NCBI GenBank assembly: GCA_028023455.1
Contig: JAQFVV010000003.1
Location: forward strand, 1,240,001 to 1,304,000
Source: Epiperipatus broadwayi
Taxonomy: Eukaryota > Animalia > Onychophora
Direction of reading: 5' to 3'
DNA length: 64,000 nt
Shown piece after piece: positions 49,311 to 62,234 of the stretch (the stretch's first letter is position 1; the number at the start of each line of letters is the position of its first letter). Both the position numbers and the translations under genes were made by a program. The notes under the pieces were generated by a model that was not told the DNA's origin, did not search any database, and saw only the letters and a list, made by a program, of their open reading frames with translations.

Positions 49311-52300
49311 CCAACAACTAAATAGAATTTTAATTATATATAGATAAAATAGCCAATTTGCATCTCTAACCCATCCATTGAGAAATAATAATGAAAAATA
49401 TATTTAACATACCATTTCTTTTATATTCTTTAACTAATAGCTATCTTGGTAAGAATTATGAATTGTTTATTTTTAGCTATCTATTATTAGCTCTTATATA
49501 TTATGTAAGATAAGATTTCTCTGTGCATTATGAGCTTTGTTTCTTAGATATTTTTGTTTTCAGTTGTGACCAACTTATCACAGTTTTTGGTTGGTTCACT
49601 TCTGCTATTATATATATAATTTTTCAACAATATCATGGATGATATTTAGTTTTTGAAAGTGACCATGCAGTGGTAGAAACATTAATCTGTCATGCTTATG
49701 ATCTAGTTTTGATTTCAGGAGAATAAATCTAGAATTTTTCAAAGTAGCTTAGGATTTTTTATTTACATAACCAATTCATATATGTCCTTGATAATCAGTC
49801 AAATATTGATCAATAAAGGTGTAATAGTCTATTCTTAGGAAAGATAAGAAATTTTAATCTATCATCATTCATCAGTTGAAAGCCTTAAAACTACTACATT
49901 TTTCTGTATGGTTCTTTCATGAGGGCTGCTAGAAAGATCTTTATTGTGGTGTGGTATATTTAAAGACTTTTAATTTTTATCCAGTTATTACTTATGAATA
50001 TTTGGAACCCTGTCATATCTTTAGTGCATCTATCTTTACTCATATAAGTTTTGTTTTAATATTGTGCTTATTCACTCATCTTCAAATCTATATGCAGCAT
50101 TGTTCATTGTTTTTATTTATAAATTATTTGCTTAAATATTAATCAATATTTTTTTCAAAAATATACTATTTTACAGTCTTTTTTTACTAGGTCTATTCTA
50201 TTGATAAAATCCTGATACTGTGTGCTTCGCTTTGCGAGCATTCCCGAATATTTTAATGAGAACCAAGCTTTAATTTTTTGTTTATATAAAATGTGTTTGT
50301 TCTCTTACATTTGTGAAAATACCTTTATAATGTCTTTGTCCAAAATAGAAAATGTTTTATTTCAACTGACATTGCTAAAACGTGGTTGTTTTATTAATTT
50401 AGAAATTATACATCCATTTCTCTTTTATTTCTTAAGAATTTTTTTTCTTTTCAAGCTTTCCAGTTAAAAAATAAAACTGACAAAAGAAAGGAAATATAAC
50501 AAATCTTAGAATAAAATTTAATATTGAATCAACTTTCCTCCTCATTCTTTGAATTTGTCAGATTTCATTTTATGTTTCTAGTTCATTTCTTTCTTTTAAA
50601 TAGATTATTATAAAAATTAACTAAGGCATTAATGTTGCTACGATACAAGTTTTAATTTATATATATTCCGTTATAGAGGTTTAACTTTAGTTAAAATTGC
50701 TATAATGTGATCGTAATAAAAAAAATCCTGGGAATAGCTTACCTTATCGATGGTCTATGTAAATATATGTGTGTTATATGGGCAACAGATTTATTAAAAA
50801 CTAATAGATACATAAGTATCCAACAATCAAACATCAAAGAATGAAATATATATAATTTATAAAAAAAAAATAACTTGCATCTTAACGTTTTAGAGTTTGA
50901 TATATTTGTCAGTCATGTCTACATTTTTATCAATATTTATTCTAACATAAATAAATTAGATATTTCTCAACCATCATAGTAATGTTTTTAGACTTTGTTG
51001 ATCCAAATATAGGTCTATATATTTATGTATGCTGTAATGCTTTTAAGTCATTAAGACACAATCAGACTGCATTTTAATGCAACCTAAATGTATAGAATTA
51101 GTGAGTAAAGATGCATGTATGTATGGATTTTAAAGGTGAACTACTTTAGTGCCATTTACCTTATCAGATGGATGTCTACCCAATACATCATATTTTGTAT
51201 TTTAGCCCAGTATTGGTTTTTTGAATGTCCTGTGAATGTTTTGATTTACATTACAGGTTGTTCACACACAAAAAAAAACAACAGATTAAATATGAATATA
51301 AAATTTATTATTAAGTTATTATTAAATGAATACATAAAAGTCTAACTATAACATTTATAACATTTTCATTGGAATAAAATTTACATCTTTAATATATATT
51401 TCCATTTTTGATGTCAATACTTTTACCTGGCTCTTCATTATTTCTTCTATATTAGCTTTTATTTTAACTCAAATCTTATAATCCTAAATGTTTTATAAAA
51501 CATGTATGTGTTGATAGAATACGATATAGCTAAACATTTTTATATTTTAATCATCCTCTGCTAAACCATATTAAAGCTATTTTATTAAGTATTTTAAACA
51601 TTAAGACATTCTATTCTAGGCAAGTATGGAAACTTATAATCTTTATAACCATTAATAATTTATTATACTTTAAAGCCAATAATATATTATGATGGTTATA
51701 ATGTTCCAGAAAATAGACTACAGTGATATAAAAACATAACTCTTAATTATTAATAAATATGGGAATACTTGCCATTTTTATATCAAAAATACTGATATTT
51801 GAATGAATATTTCACCCCACATAGAAGATCGATTCATAAATACATAATTTAAAAAAAAGTGTTGTTGTATCTTCATTGTTATTTAACTTCAAACATTATT
51901 CACTATTGTATATTCAACCTTTAATAGTATTTTATATATTCACACACACACAGTATATATATGTATACATAAACTTTTATATCATTACTTTCATTGATTC
52001 AATATAATTATCTTTACAATTTGACTGAAAAACTTCTGTTTAACTAAAGAATATTAACTTCATACAAATAAATATTTTCTTAATAATTTATTAATCAGTC
52101 TCATTATATCATAGCATTATAATTTTGTTCACATAAATCTCATAATATATTTAATAATCCATCTCTGTTATCAAAATGAATGCAAACTTGAATACAGGCA
52201 TTAGAAATAATTCCTGCTTTCACATATAAAATAAACAATAGATCATTAAATATTAAAAATTTAATCTTATGTTCTTAGCACGAACATTTTAATTTGACTA

Positions 52301-52461
52301 TAATATACATATATGACTAAGATTATTTAATTTTCACAACAAAGAAACTTTTTTTAATATGCTTCCTTCTGTATAGACTTAATATAACCCACAATTTGGA
52401 AATAATAATTACTTAAATTTTTCTTTTCTTTTAAAACAGTAAATTATTTCTTTATAATTTT

Positions 52462-52567
52462 TTTTTTTTTTAATGTGTCATAGCATCGGCCGGGAAGCGA
52501 ACCCGCTAACCCGTGACAACTGCTTGTAAGGTCGCCGTGCTGACCACTCGACTTACCAACGCTTGAC
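52462..52567 (-). mobile_element. Short tRNA(Val-like)-derived SINE with poly(A) tail
   Basis: A box TAAGTCGAGTGG, B box GGTTCGCTTCCC, acceptor-like stem GCGTTGG/CCGATGC, CTTACAA loop and A tail. 17-bp TSD TATTTCTTTATAATTTT (52445-52461, 52568-52584). Confidence 0.85.
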
Positions 52568-55500
52568 TATTTCTTTATAATTTTCTGACATCAAGTATAA
52601 AGCATTTTAAATGATACAGTTATTACCTTTTTACATATATATTCAGACTAATTTAAGCATGACTAACTTTCAGATTCTTTTAAACAATCTAACAAGAGAG
52701 TTGAGGAAAAAAAAACTTTCTTTTTAAAAAAAAAAAAAATTTAAACAAAATATTTACATAAAAGAAATAATATAAAACAATTGTATACATAAATGCATAA
52801 AAAAAAGTAAAACTTAATATCACTATGAAATATCATTTTAACAATGAACAATAATTTTCATAATTGATTTTCAAAATATATATCTAAATAGAAAGAGCAT
52901 TTTATAATTAATTTTATAGTTTTTATAATTCAAAATAAGTATATCCCCCCCGGGGGAAAAAAGGAAAAAAAAAAAAAAATATATATCTTTATTTTGCATT
53001 TTTGGACCCATACACATATATAACTACATAGTTGATTTACTAGAAAAATTTTCTCCATATCATTTATATAATTTTTCCTTTTTTGTTTTGCATAATGATA
53101 GAGCTTCAGGTTACACAGGATTAAAGCACGTTCACTTTTTATTTTACTGCAGTAATCATAAAGAATTTTAAATCAGTCATTTTCTGAAATAAATATGGCT
53201 TTATCTCTTGCATTTTATAAGTTTTTAGCATTTAGAATTTGCTGTATGATCTCGGGAAATTTGGGGAAATCAAACTTTTTTGTAATCTTCCATGTACAAT
53301 AGCCTATTGTTGAATAGACATAGTTTGAAAAGGCAAATAAATTGGTACACATCATTCACAAGCTAGAATTTTACTGAGTTTTCTTATTTAAAACCTTATT
53401 TAGTATAACTAAGATATGTTAGATTATTTCCATCATCTATCATTAAATGTTGAATGTCTAGAAAATTTTGAAAAATACAAACAACTGTTAGTAATAACAC
53501 ATAAATAGACAACACAGGTGAGTAGATTACATGTATCTACAGTAACAGACCATGTATGTGCTAGTGAACATATGTTCACTTGGGAAAATAAAATAAAAAT
53601 ATTTGAAAAAGAGAAAAAGGTGCAAAGAAGAAAATTCAAAGAAGCTACTCATATGGCAATGGAAATAGTCCTATAAGTCAAGCCATGTGGCAATACTTAA
53701 TGTCTGGACACCTCTAATTAATCTTGCTCTTAGAGAAAAGTTAAAAAATTGGAAGAACAGGGAGGATTTGAACCAGCCCTCATAGAAATGTATATGAAAT
53801 TTCTGACTGTTGTCTTTGGTATGATAGTTGTTGGTTAGAGAATTGTCTCAAAATTCAATATTCAAGAATACAAAGGTGTAACTTCAACTGCTATGCTAAT
53901 ATTGTTACTGATAAGGCCAGAAACACCTGCAAAAGAGCATTTAAGTTTAATTTACTAACCTGTGTTATCTATTTGTCTTATTACTAACAATTGTTTATAT
54001 TTGAAAAAGTTGAAATAAAGTTTAACATTTTCTACACATTCAATATTTAATGGTAGATAATGGAAATAGACCAACATATTATCACATCTAATATACCATT
54101 ATGAATACCTTCAGTCAAATATAAAAGAATAATTTCTATTTAATCTTTAATTAAAACATTTTTTTAAATTTCAAAATAGTTTTCCAAAATTTTGATCTAA
54201 GCAATTTATATTTAGTTTATTCTTTTTTAATAATAGTATTATAAGAATTCTTTTATCTAATTTTTTTCTGCATAAAAAACAACTTTAGTTATATTAATTA
54301 ACATTTTAATCAATTTTTAGTAACAAAAAAGTGAAACATTTCATTTCTTTTCTTTTAATATTGAATGAATATAATTTTGAATGTGTTTTACCTTTTTTTC
54401 CCCTTAAAATTAATTTGCAATTATTTTTAGCACACATACATATATTCATAAATAAATATATATTAAACCTATTTTTTAATGTTTGTAAATGACTAAATAT
54501 TTTAAAGTGTGTGTTGATTCTACAATGACAACAGTACCTATTTTAAACCCTAAGACTATTCCTGCCTATTCTACTTGCCTTAGCAATGAAACACTATTTC
54601 ATTTCATTTATTTCAGATTCATCCATATATATATAAATATTGACTTGTTGTTAATAATAGTGTTTTGTTTTGATCAGATATGCTATTATCTGAAAATAGA
54701 GGTCAGTAAAGAAAGTTGAGTGTTACATGGACTAAAAATTTTTATATGTATTTGTAAAGATTAAACAGACTTTAAATAGACAATATTAAGATAAAGACAT
54801 TTTCAGCAGTTTTTCATATAGAAACAGATAAGGAAAAACATTAACTTTTCAGATCTGTCAATTGTAAAGTGATAAGAGTTTTAATATTTTCCATTCTTAA
54901 CTTGTAGATAAGAATAATTAGGTAACTATTTACTGATCAATAATAAATAGCTATCTGAGCTGGCCATGGATCTGCTACCTGAAAAAAATTCTAAACCTGA
55001 TTAGAATCTGAACATTTTTCAAAGTTTACTAATTAGGATTTGAACCAAGGTCATAAACATTATAGATACATGCTTAATCATGGAGCTAGTCCTATTAATA
55101 GATTTTGAACAAAAAATAGTAAGAAGTTGAAGTTACATAAAAAAAGGTAACTGCTTTTTAAAAATATCATTAGATAAATTATAAAGTCATAAACTAGAAT
55201 GTATCACATATGAACATTACTTGTCTCCACCATCTTAATTCTGTACATTAGAAAGTGGTGATTAGGACTAGTTGGCAATGTCATCAGATAGATTTCTAGA
55301 AGAATAGTACTTGTATTGCTATATTTTTTTCTATATGGATAATTTTTTTGTTGACATTGCCATATAGTGTTCATTGCCTAAATTCAATAAATGCATAACT
55401 TGTTATGAGCAAAAAACAATACAGAGAGATAAGTGGCTAAAATCCAAAATATGCATAACTTAATATGAATAAAAATAGAAGTTAATATAATTCAAAATTC

Positions 55501-56478
55501 AATGCATATTTATCAAATTATAAGTAAAAAAAATATTGCTTTAGAATATATTGATTTTAAAACTACTCTCATGGCATTTGCAAAATGGCATGGAATATCC
55601 ATTATAGAGAATGTCCACTTATGTGTATATGTCAATATAAATTGCAATCACTAAACTACTTTAATCAATAATTAAAATATCAAAATGAATCTAAACATAT
55701 AGGACCATACTCCTGAGAGTTGAGAAACTTACCAGGTGTGATAGACTATAATTCTTATCCCTTTATAATTAAAGTGTAACTAATTATACATAATCTACAT
55801 AAATAGTTTTATGGTATAGTGCTACCTTATTTGCTGCTATGCTTTTAAGCAGGGAGTCTGATCCATACTCAATCTAGTTAGCCATCACAATTTGTCAGAA
55901 ATGAATATCTAACTATTCTTTAAAAACCATTAAAAACCTCATTTGGAAGGCTTCATAAGTAATGCCTCTGTTTTCACTGCTTGGAGAATGTTAAAGAGGT
56001 ATTTGACTTACAATGAGCTATTAGAAAGCTTATATATATATATAAAATAATAATTTTATAAACTACAGATCAATTTAACAAGGCACAAATTTAATTTCAG
56101 ATAATTTCTACAATATAGATGGAATTCTAAGAACGAAATAATTTTATTAAAATACTATAATCTATACTTTGAAGGCTAAATGAAAATATGAAAGTAAAAA
56201 GTAACTATTGGAAGAAAATCTTAGAATAGTTCTGCACACACACACACACACACACACAAATAGGTTACACAAAACCAATGTATAAGTTTTTTTTTATAAA
56301 AAAAAGAGTAAAATTCCTACCTCCTTTTCCCCCCCCATCGTTTTTAGGTGTTCTCCCCTCTTTGGGGTAGGTAGATATAACCCCCTCTATTTTTGGAACT
56401 TTCTCTTTTATGTTTTAGGGTATATATATATATATATTCCTTAGCCAGTAAAGAATCCATGAAAATAATAAATATACA

Positions 56479-56884
56479 AACTAACTAAAGGAAAAATAAA
56501 AACATAATAAAAACACACAATTACTTCTCTATAAAACTGCTTTAATTTTTCAACCAGCAAACTGGTTTTCATCAGAAAACACAGCAAAATGGCTATTTCC
56601 AGAATTTAAACGCTAAAATATTACAGATAGTTATGTATCAGATAACAAAACTAATTTCTATAGGTTAAACATCTTTACAAAACTTCATATAAAAAATACA
56701 AAAAAAAAATTCTTTCACAAAAAACTTATTTAAAAAACTAAAACCATACATATTATTATATATTAAAATATATCAAAAAACCAATAAAAATATACTATTA
56801 TATATGTACTCACCAAGAAAATTATATATATATTCTACTATATGTATTTTACTATATATATATCTTATACATATATAATGTATA

Positions 56885-56923
<39 letters not shown>

Positions 56924-57227
56924 GATGATGATGATGATGATGTATGGTTTAGTTTTTTAAAATAAGTTTTTTGCGAAAGAATTTTTTTTGTATTTTTTAC
57001 ACAAAGTTCTGTAAATATTTTTTATATAGAATTTTTTAAAGATTTTTAAACTATAGAAAATAGTTTTATTATCTGATATGTAACTATCTGTAATATTTTA
57101 GCATTTAAATTCTGGAAATAGCCATTTTGCTGTGCTTTCTGATGAAAAACAATCTGCTGGTTGAAATATTAAAGCAGTTTTATAGAGAAGTAATTGTGTG
57201 TTTTTATTATGTTTTTCTTTTAGTTAG

Positions 57228-57229
<2 letters not shown>
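56479..57229. repeat. Inverted pair of Penelope-type pLTRs with canonical minimal hammerheads; spacer contains (TAT)n(GAT)n
   Basis: Arms 56479-56750 and 56941-57229. Minus copy CTGATGA-A-AACCAG tttg CTGGTT-GAAA (56538-56581); plus copy TGCTTT CTGATGA...GAAA TAT TA AAGCA (57133-57176). Confidence 0.75.

Positions 57230-57230
<1 letters not shown>

Positions 57231-57309
<79 letters not shown>
57231..57309. repeat. (TA)n microsatellite
   Basis: Read directly. Confidence 0.97.
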
Positions 57310-57314
<5 letters not shown>

Positions 57315-58951
57315 GTTCTTTGTGATTGCCAGCAGATGGAGATTTGAGTACTTCAATATTCACATTCAACTTACTATACTATATTGACTATATATATGCA
57401 TATTAGTGTAGTTATCACTACCTGATGATATTGGACTTACATATAATTACTACCATACAAGCATATTAATTTACTTAATGGTCACAAAGAGTTATATAAT
57501 AAGAATCAATGAGAATTTGGGATGAAAGATAACTATTATTACTCTAAAGAGCACCATCATTTAGCCTTGTAAACTGGACGATTACACAACAAGCTTTAAC
57601 TCTTTTAATCATATTCATTCATTATCATATGATTAATTAAATTAGCATAATTTTGATAATGTTTGATGATCATACAATCCGAAGATATATATATATATTT
57701 ACTACTTTCTTTCCCAATCAAGTGATATTTTACAGTTGAATTTTTAAAACTAATAATAGATGCCTTTACAATATATGCAGCATATCAGTTTTTGCAATAT
57801 GACAATCATTAATAAAATAATTCACATTCCAAAATTGAATACTTTCAATATTATAATTATAAAAGAATTTAATTTTATGTTTTTTTATATATGTAAATAG
57901 AATGAAAAAATCTCATTTGGCACAATGTTGTCAGTCTTCAGTTCATTTTTTAAAGTTTCACTTAACAGTCACAGATTAAGGCATCTGAAATACTTTTATT
58001 TTCATGTTTAAAGTTATCTTGATATAAGTATAATTGCAAGTTTTAATATAACAGCTTTTTATATTCATTAGGCTATTGGATCAGTTCTTAGAATATTACA
58101 AATGATAGGTGTTTAGTAGGCTTTGATGAAACTTTGGCTGGACCTTTTTTTTCTTCATCTAATAATCCCATGGATTAGATGTTGATGTTCAATTCAAATG
58201 CACAGTTTGCTTAGCAAGCCATGACAATTAGGTTAAGCACAATTACGATAAAATTATGATCTGAGACATTGCACACATAGTAATACTATAAAAGTCTCTA
58301 TTACCTTTACTAATAAATTATAAGCAAGACAGCACCTTTATTATTTTGAACAAGCTTTAATTCATCCAAGTTTCTAGAAGAAATTAGTTACACCAAAATC
58401 AACTTAATTACTTAATGCTCTTAAGTTGTTTACAAATTAATATAGAATTTTCCCTTTTTCATGATGAATTTTATTTTATTTTTTTAAATTTAAATAATTT
58501 TTTTTTATGTTTAATTAACAAACATTTTATTATTCTTTAATAATTTCATGTTATTTTTTTTATTATGAAATAAAATTTTAATTATGGTCTGTTATGTTAA
58601 ATCTACATGGTTTTTTTTTTTTACAATATTTGAAAAATTATGACATTAAAATTTATTTTTAGAACACAAACAATTTTTTTTTCATTTTTTCTTGTCGTAA
58701 ATTCTCACCCCACAAACAACTATTAATTTAATTCTATAATCTAATATTATTATTTTGGAGATAGTTAAAAAACATTTATTTTATCATTTCTAATCTCTTA
58801 GAGATTTTTACTGATAACTAAATTTCACAGATACCATTTAATTACTCTAACTGCATGATTAACATAGATCAACCTTACTTTTATATGTGTATTTTATTAG
58901 CTTAGACCTGGTTCATGTTGATATATATATATACAAACCTTATAAATATAT

Positions 58952-61900
58952 AATTCTAAAAAAATATTTATCCTGTTTTTCTGCAATAATTGTAATGATA
59001 CAAAAAATGTTAAAACATTTAACAACATAACAGGTTTGAATTTTTAATAAAGAAAATTTATTTAAAGCTGAGCACTTTCTCTACTGAATAGGATCATAAT
59101 CGTAGCATTGAGTGATTAAAGGAAGTTGAGATCTAGTTTTAAAAGGCTTCACATCAAATTCTTAATTGCAAAGAACCTAATTGTTTGAAGTTTTACTATG
59201 GTGAAACCCGAGCTAACTTATCTACAAGACTTGCCCAGCATAACTTTCTGTACAACCAAGTCAAGAAAAGCAATGAATATTCTTCCACATTCTTAAGTCA
59301 CAAGTTGTAGCCAGACCATAACTTTGATTTCTCTATGGCTGACATCATTTGTTCTGAGAGGGATGACAAAAAGAGATTGATGAAGAAGACATTATCAATA
59401 GCTAAAGATCAAGCCATCAATACAAATTATTCTAGTACCCCTTTTTCTAAAAAAATGGCATTTGTAATGACCACCTTTGCCATTAGTTTGCAAATTTACT
59501 CCAAAAAATTCAATTTCATGATAATCTATTATTTAATATTCAAAAGTAACTTTAAATTTAGATCTCAACTTCCTTTAGTCATATAATGCTATGATTACAA
59601 TACTATTCAGTATTGAAAGCACTCAGCTTTAAATAAATTTTCTTTATTACAAATTCAACCCCATTCTGCTGTTAAATGTTTTAACATTTTTTGTATCATT
59701 ATAATTATAGCAGAAAAACAGAATAATTTTTTTTATTTTTAGAATTATGTATTTTCATGCTTAGATTATATATAGAATAAAATGGACTTCATCATGTTAT
59801 GCTGAAAGGCTGCATATATTCCTTAATAATTGTCTTCAATTTAAAAATTTATCCAAATTGCTGTCATATTAAAATTAACAGGTCCATTTATCAATGAGAG
59901 AGGATTATTGAGAAGCTTAAAGAGTGTTATTAAGGTCTATTATAAAAGTCTTTCCAGCACATTTAAGGCTAATAAAAGAAAGGAAGACCATATGGCACTG
60001 GAGTATACAGCTCCCAAAAGTATCTACATAAAATGCAACCACATCACTATCATGTTAAAAAACAAAAATTTCTAAATGTTTAACTTTTTAGCTGAATAGC
60101 AGAATTATGCTGACACTAATCTCACTAACATTAAAAATTAGGTCAATCTTTCAAATGTTGAATTTTCCAATGCAGCTGATAAAATTTTAAATTGCAGATC
60201 CAGATTTATAGGTGGAGAATGGTGCTATTCTGAAATAGAAATATCAATGATTTTTGAGTCTAAATATGAAAACAATCCTGAGAAAGAAAGGATCATAGAA
60301 AAGGCTTTCAATTTTTTGAAATACATACCAAGAGCTAAAAACAATTTCTGGTATCATAATATTAAATGTATTAGAAATTTTATTACAGACAAAAACATTG
60401 TTTGCCTAAAAGAAAATAAGGGCAATGGGTTTGTACTCTTAGAATGGCAAGAGTTTGACTTTAAAATTAGCCAGCATATTGATAGTTTGCATTTTATCAA
60501 AGTAAAACATTATAATTTAAAGGCTAGAAAAGATCAGTTTGTTGTGTTAATTCTTAGAAATCATCAAGGCAAAGCACTGTAAAGCTCTGAATGCTATAAA
60601 ATATACCTGTCTGCTGCCATTGTTTTTAGAATATTTGCAAATATAAATCTGCACAATGAAAATTTCCCACTTTGCCTTTTTCTTGACTTTGGTGGCTCAT
60701 ATTTTTACTATGCAGTTTGCATCTTGGCTCATAGATGACCACAGTCTTACAGTTTGATATCTTCATATACAAATTTATTGAAAAGATTCAAAATTGATAA
60801 TAGCTGCAAAATTACCTCTCTGGATATTAAGGAGTTGTATGGGTCTGCCCCCCCCCCCATTATGAATCTATTAAAATTGTAGAAGAATTTTTGCAGCAAA
60901 TCAGTTATAAAATTGAGGGAAAAAACTTTATTATTGACATATTAAGTTGGATTAGTAATGAAATAATATCAATTAATTACAAAACATATAAAATGAATCA
61001 TTGCTGGCCTATGGGACTTCCTTTTAGTGGAGTTATCTGGGTCTGTCCAAATTTGAGAATTTGATTCTTCCAAAATTTGATTGTCTGTCTAGTACAGTCT
61101 TATATTCCAGATACATAGATGATACATTTGTTTATTCTAATGAAGAAATTATTACTAAAATTTATATTAAATTAGTATCTCCAAGCACTCTAACTCGGAC
61201 CATTGAGAAGGAAGATGAATTCCTGTACAACATAAAATTTTTAAACTTAGATGTCATCAGACAGGACAATGTTTTAAATTATAGGATCATTTTAAAACTA
61301 TTAAATGTAAGATACACCATACACCCTGATTTCTAATACTTTCTTCTTCCATAAATTCACTTGTCTGAAAAATTTTCTCCATAGAAACTTAAGCTGTGCA
61401 AATTCGACGCAGATCAGAGAGGAAACATTGATCTAAATACTAAAGACCTAATCAACATTGGGTACAATTCTAAAAAAAGTAACTGCAAATGCTGATTTTT
61501 ATAACTAAACTTTACACCCTACAAACATTCACCATGATAATAGAAAATGATCTAATCTCCCTTATATTTTGAAACTCACACATAAATTAAAAAATATTTG
61601 TACCAATAAATACAATATCAGTTTTTACTCACCTCCATTTTTAAATAAACTATTCAATAATTCAAAAGTCAAAATATTTAGAGAGGCTTTACATCAAATT
61701 GTGTACACAATTAATTGCAAAGAATCTAATTGCTTGAAGTCTTACTATGGTGAAACACAATCTAACTTATCTAGAAGGCTTGCCTACTATAATTATCTGT
61801 ACAAGCGGCCAAGAAAAGCAATGAATACTCTTTTTTTCTTGGGATCAGTTGCAGTCAGATCATAACTTTGATCTTTCTATGGCTGACATCATTTGTTCTG

Positions 61901-62234
61901 AGAGAGATGATAGAAAGAGAAAGATGAAGGAGACATGGTCAGTAGCTAAAGATCATCATGCCATCAATAAATAGAACCCCTCTTTCTAAAAAAAATGGCA
62001 CTTGTAATGACCACCTTTATCATTAGTATGTAAATCTACTCTGAAAAATATCAATTTTATGATAATCTATTATTTAATGTTCAAAAGTAACTTTAAATCT
62101 AAATTTCAACTTCTTTTAATCACAATGCTATGATTGTGATTCTATTCAGTATTGAAAGCACTCATCTTTAAATAAATTTTCTTTATTACAAATTAAAGCT
62201 GTTTTGTTGTTAAATGTTTTAACATTTTTGTATC
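58952..62234 (+). mobile_element. Decayed near-complete Penelope-like element with inverted pLTR and partial-tandem structure
   Basis: 58952-59135 is an inverted copy of 59558-59746, and 59147-59700 is a direct repeat of 61688-62234. RT motifs KENKGNGFV, SLDIKELY, PMG.P.SG, RYIDDTF, FLNLDV; EN IVYTINCKESNCLKSYYGETQSNLSRR. Confidence 0.88.
59588..59627 (+). ncRNA. A3-U8 minimal hammerhead-like motif (sister copies 62127-62166 on + and 59067-59106 on -)
   Basis: GCT|ATGATTA-C|AATACT attc AGTATT|GAAA GCAC TC|AGC. Three-copy consensus GCT ATGATTAY GATACT attc AGTATC GAAA GCGC TC AGC. Confidence 0.6.

Noticed and set aside
52480-52562. Functional tRNA-Val(TAC) gene
   Set aside because: The anticodon stem does not pair, there is extra sequence before the T arm, and it has a poly(A) tail and TSD; it is a SINE or retrocopy.
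53796-53990. Cys-rich frame (DCCLWYDSCW...RNTCKR) resembling secreted phospholipase A2
   Set aside because: The catalytic HD is YD, there is no Ca-loop, start or splice sites, and overlapping frames (NVWTPL, VRELSQ.NI) fit a decayed RTE endonuclease N-terminus. A profile HMM search would settle it.
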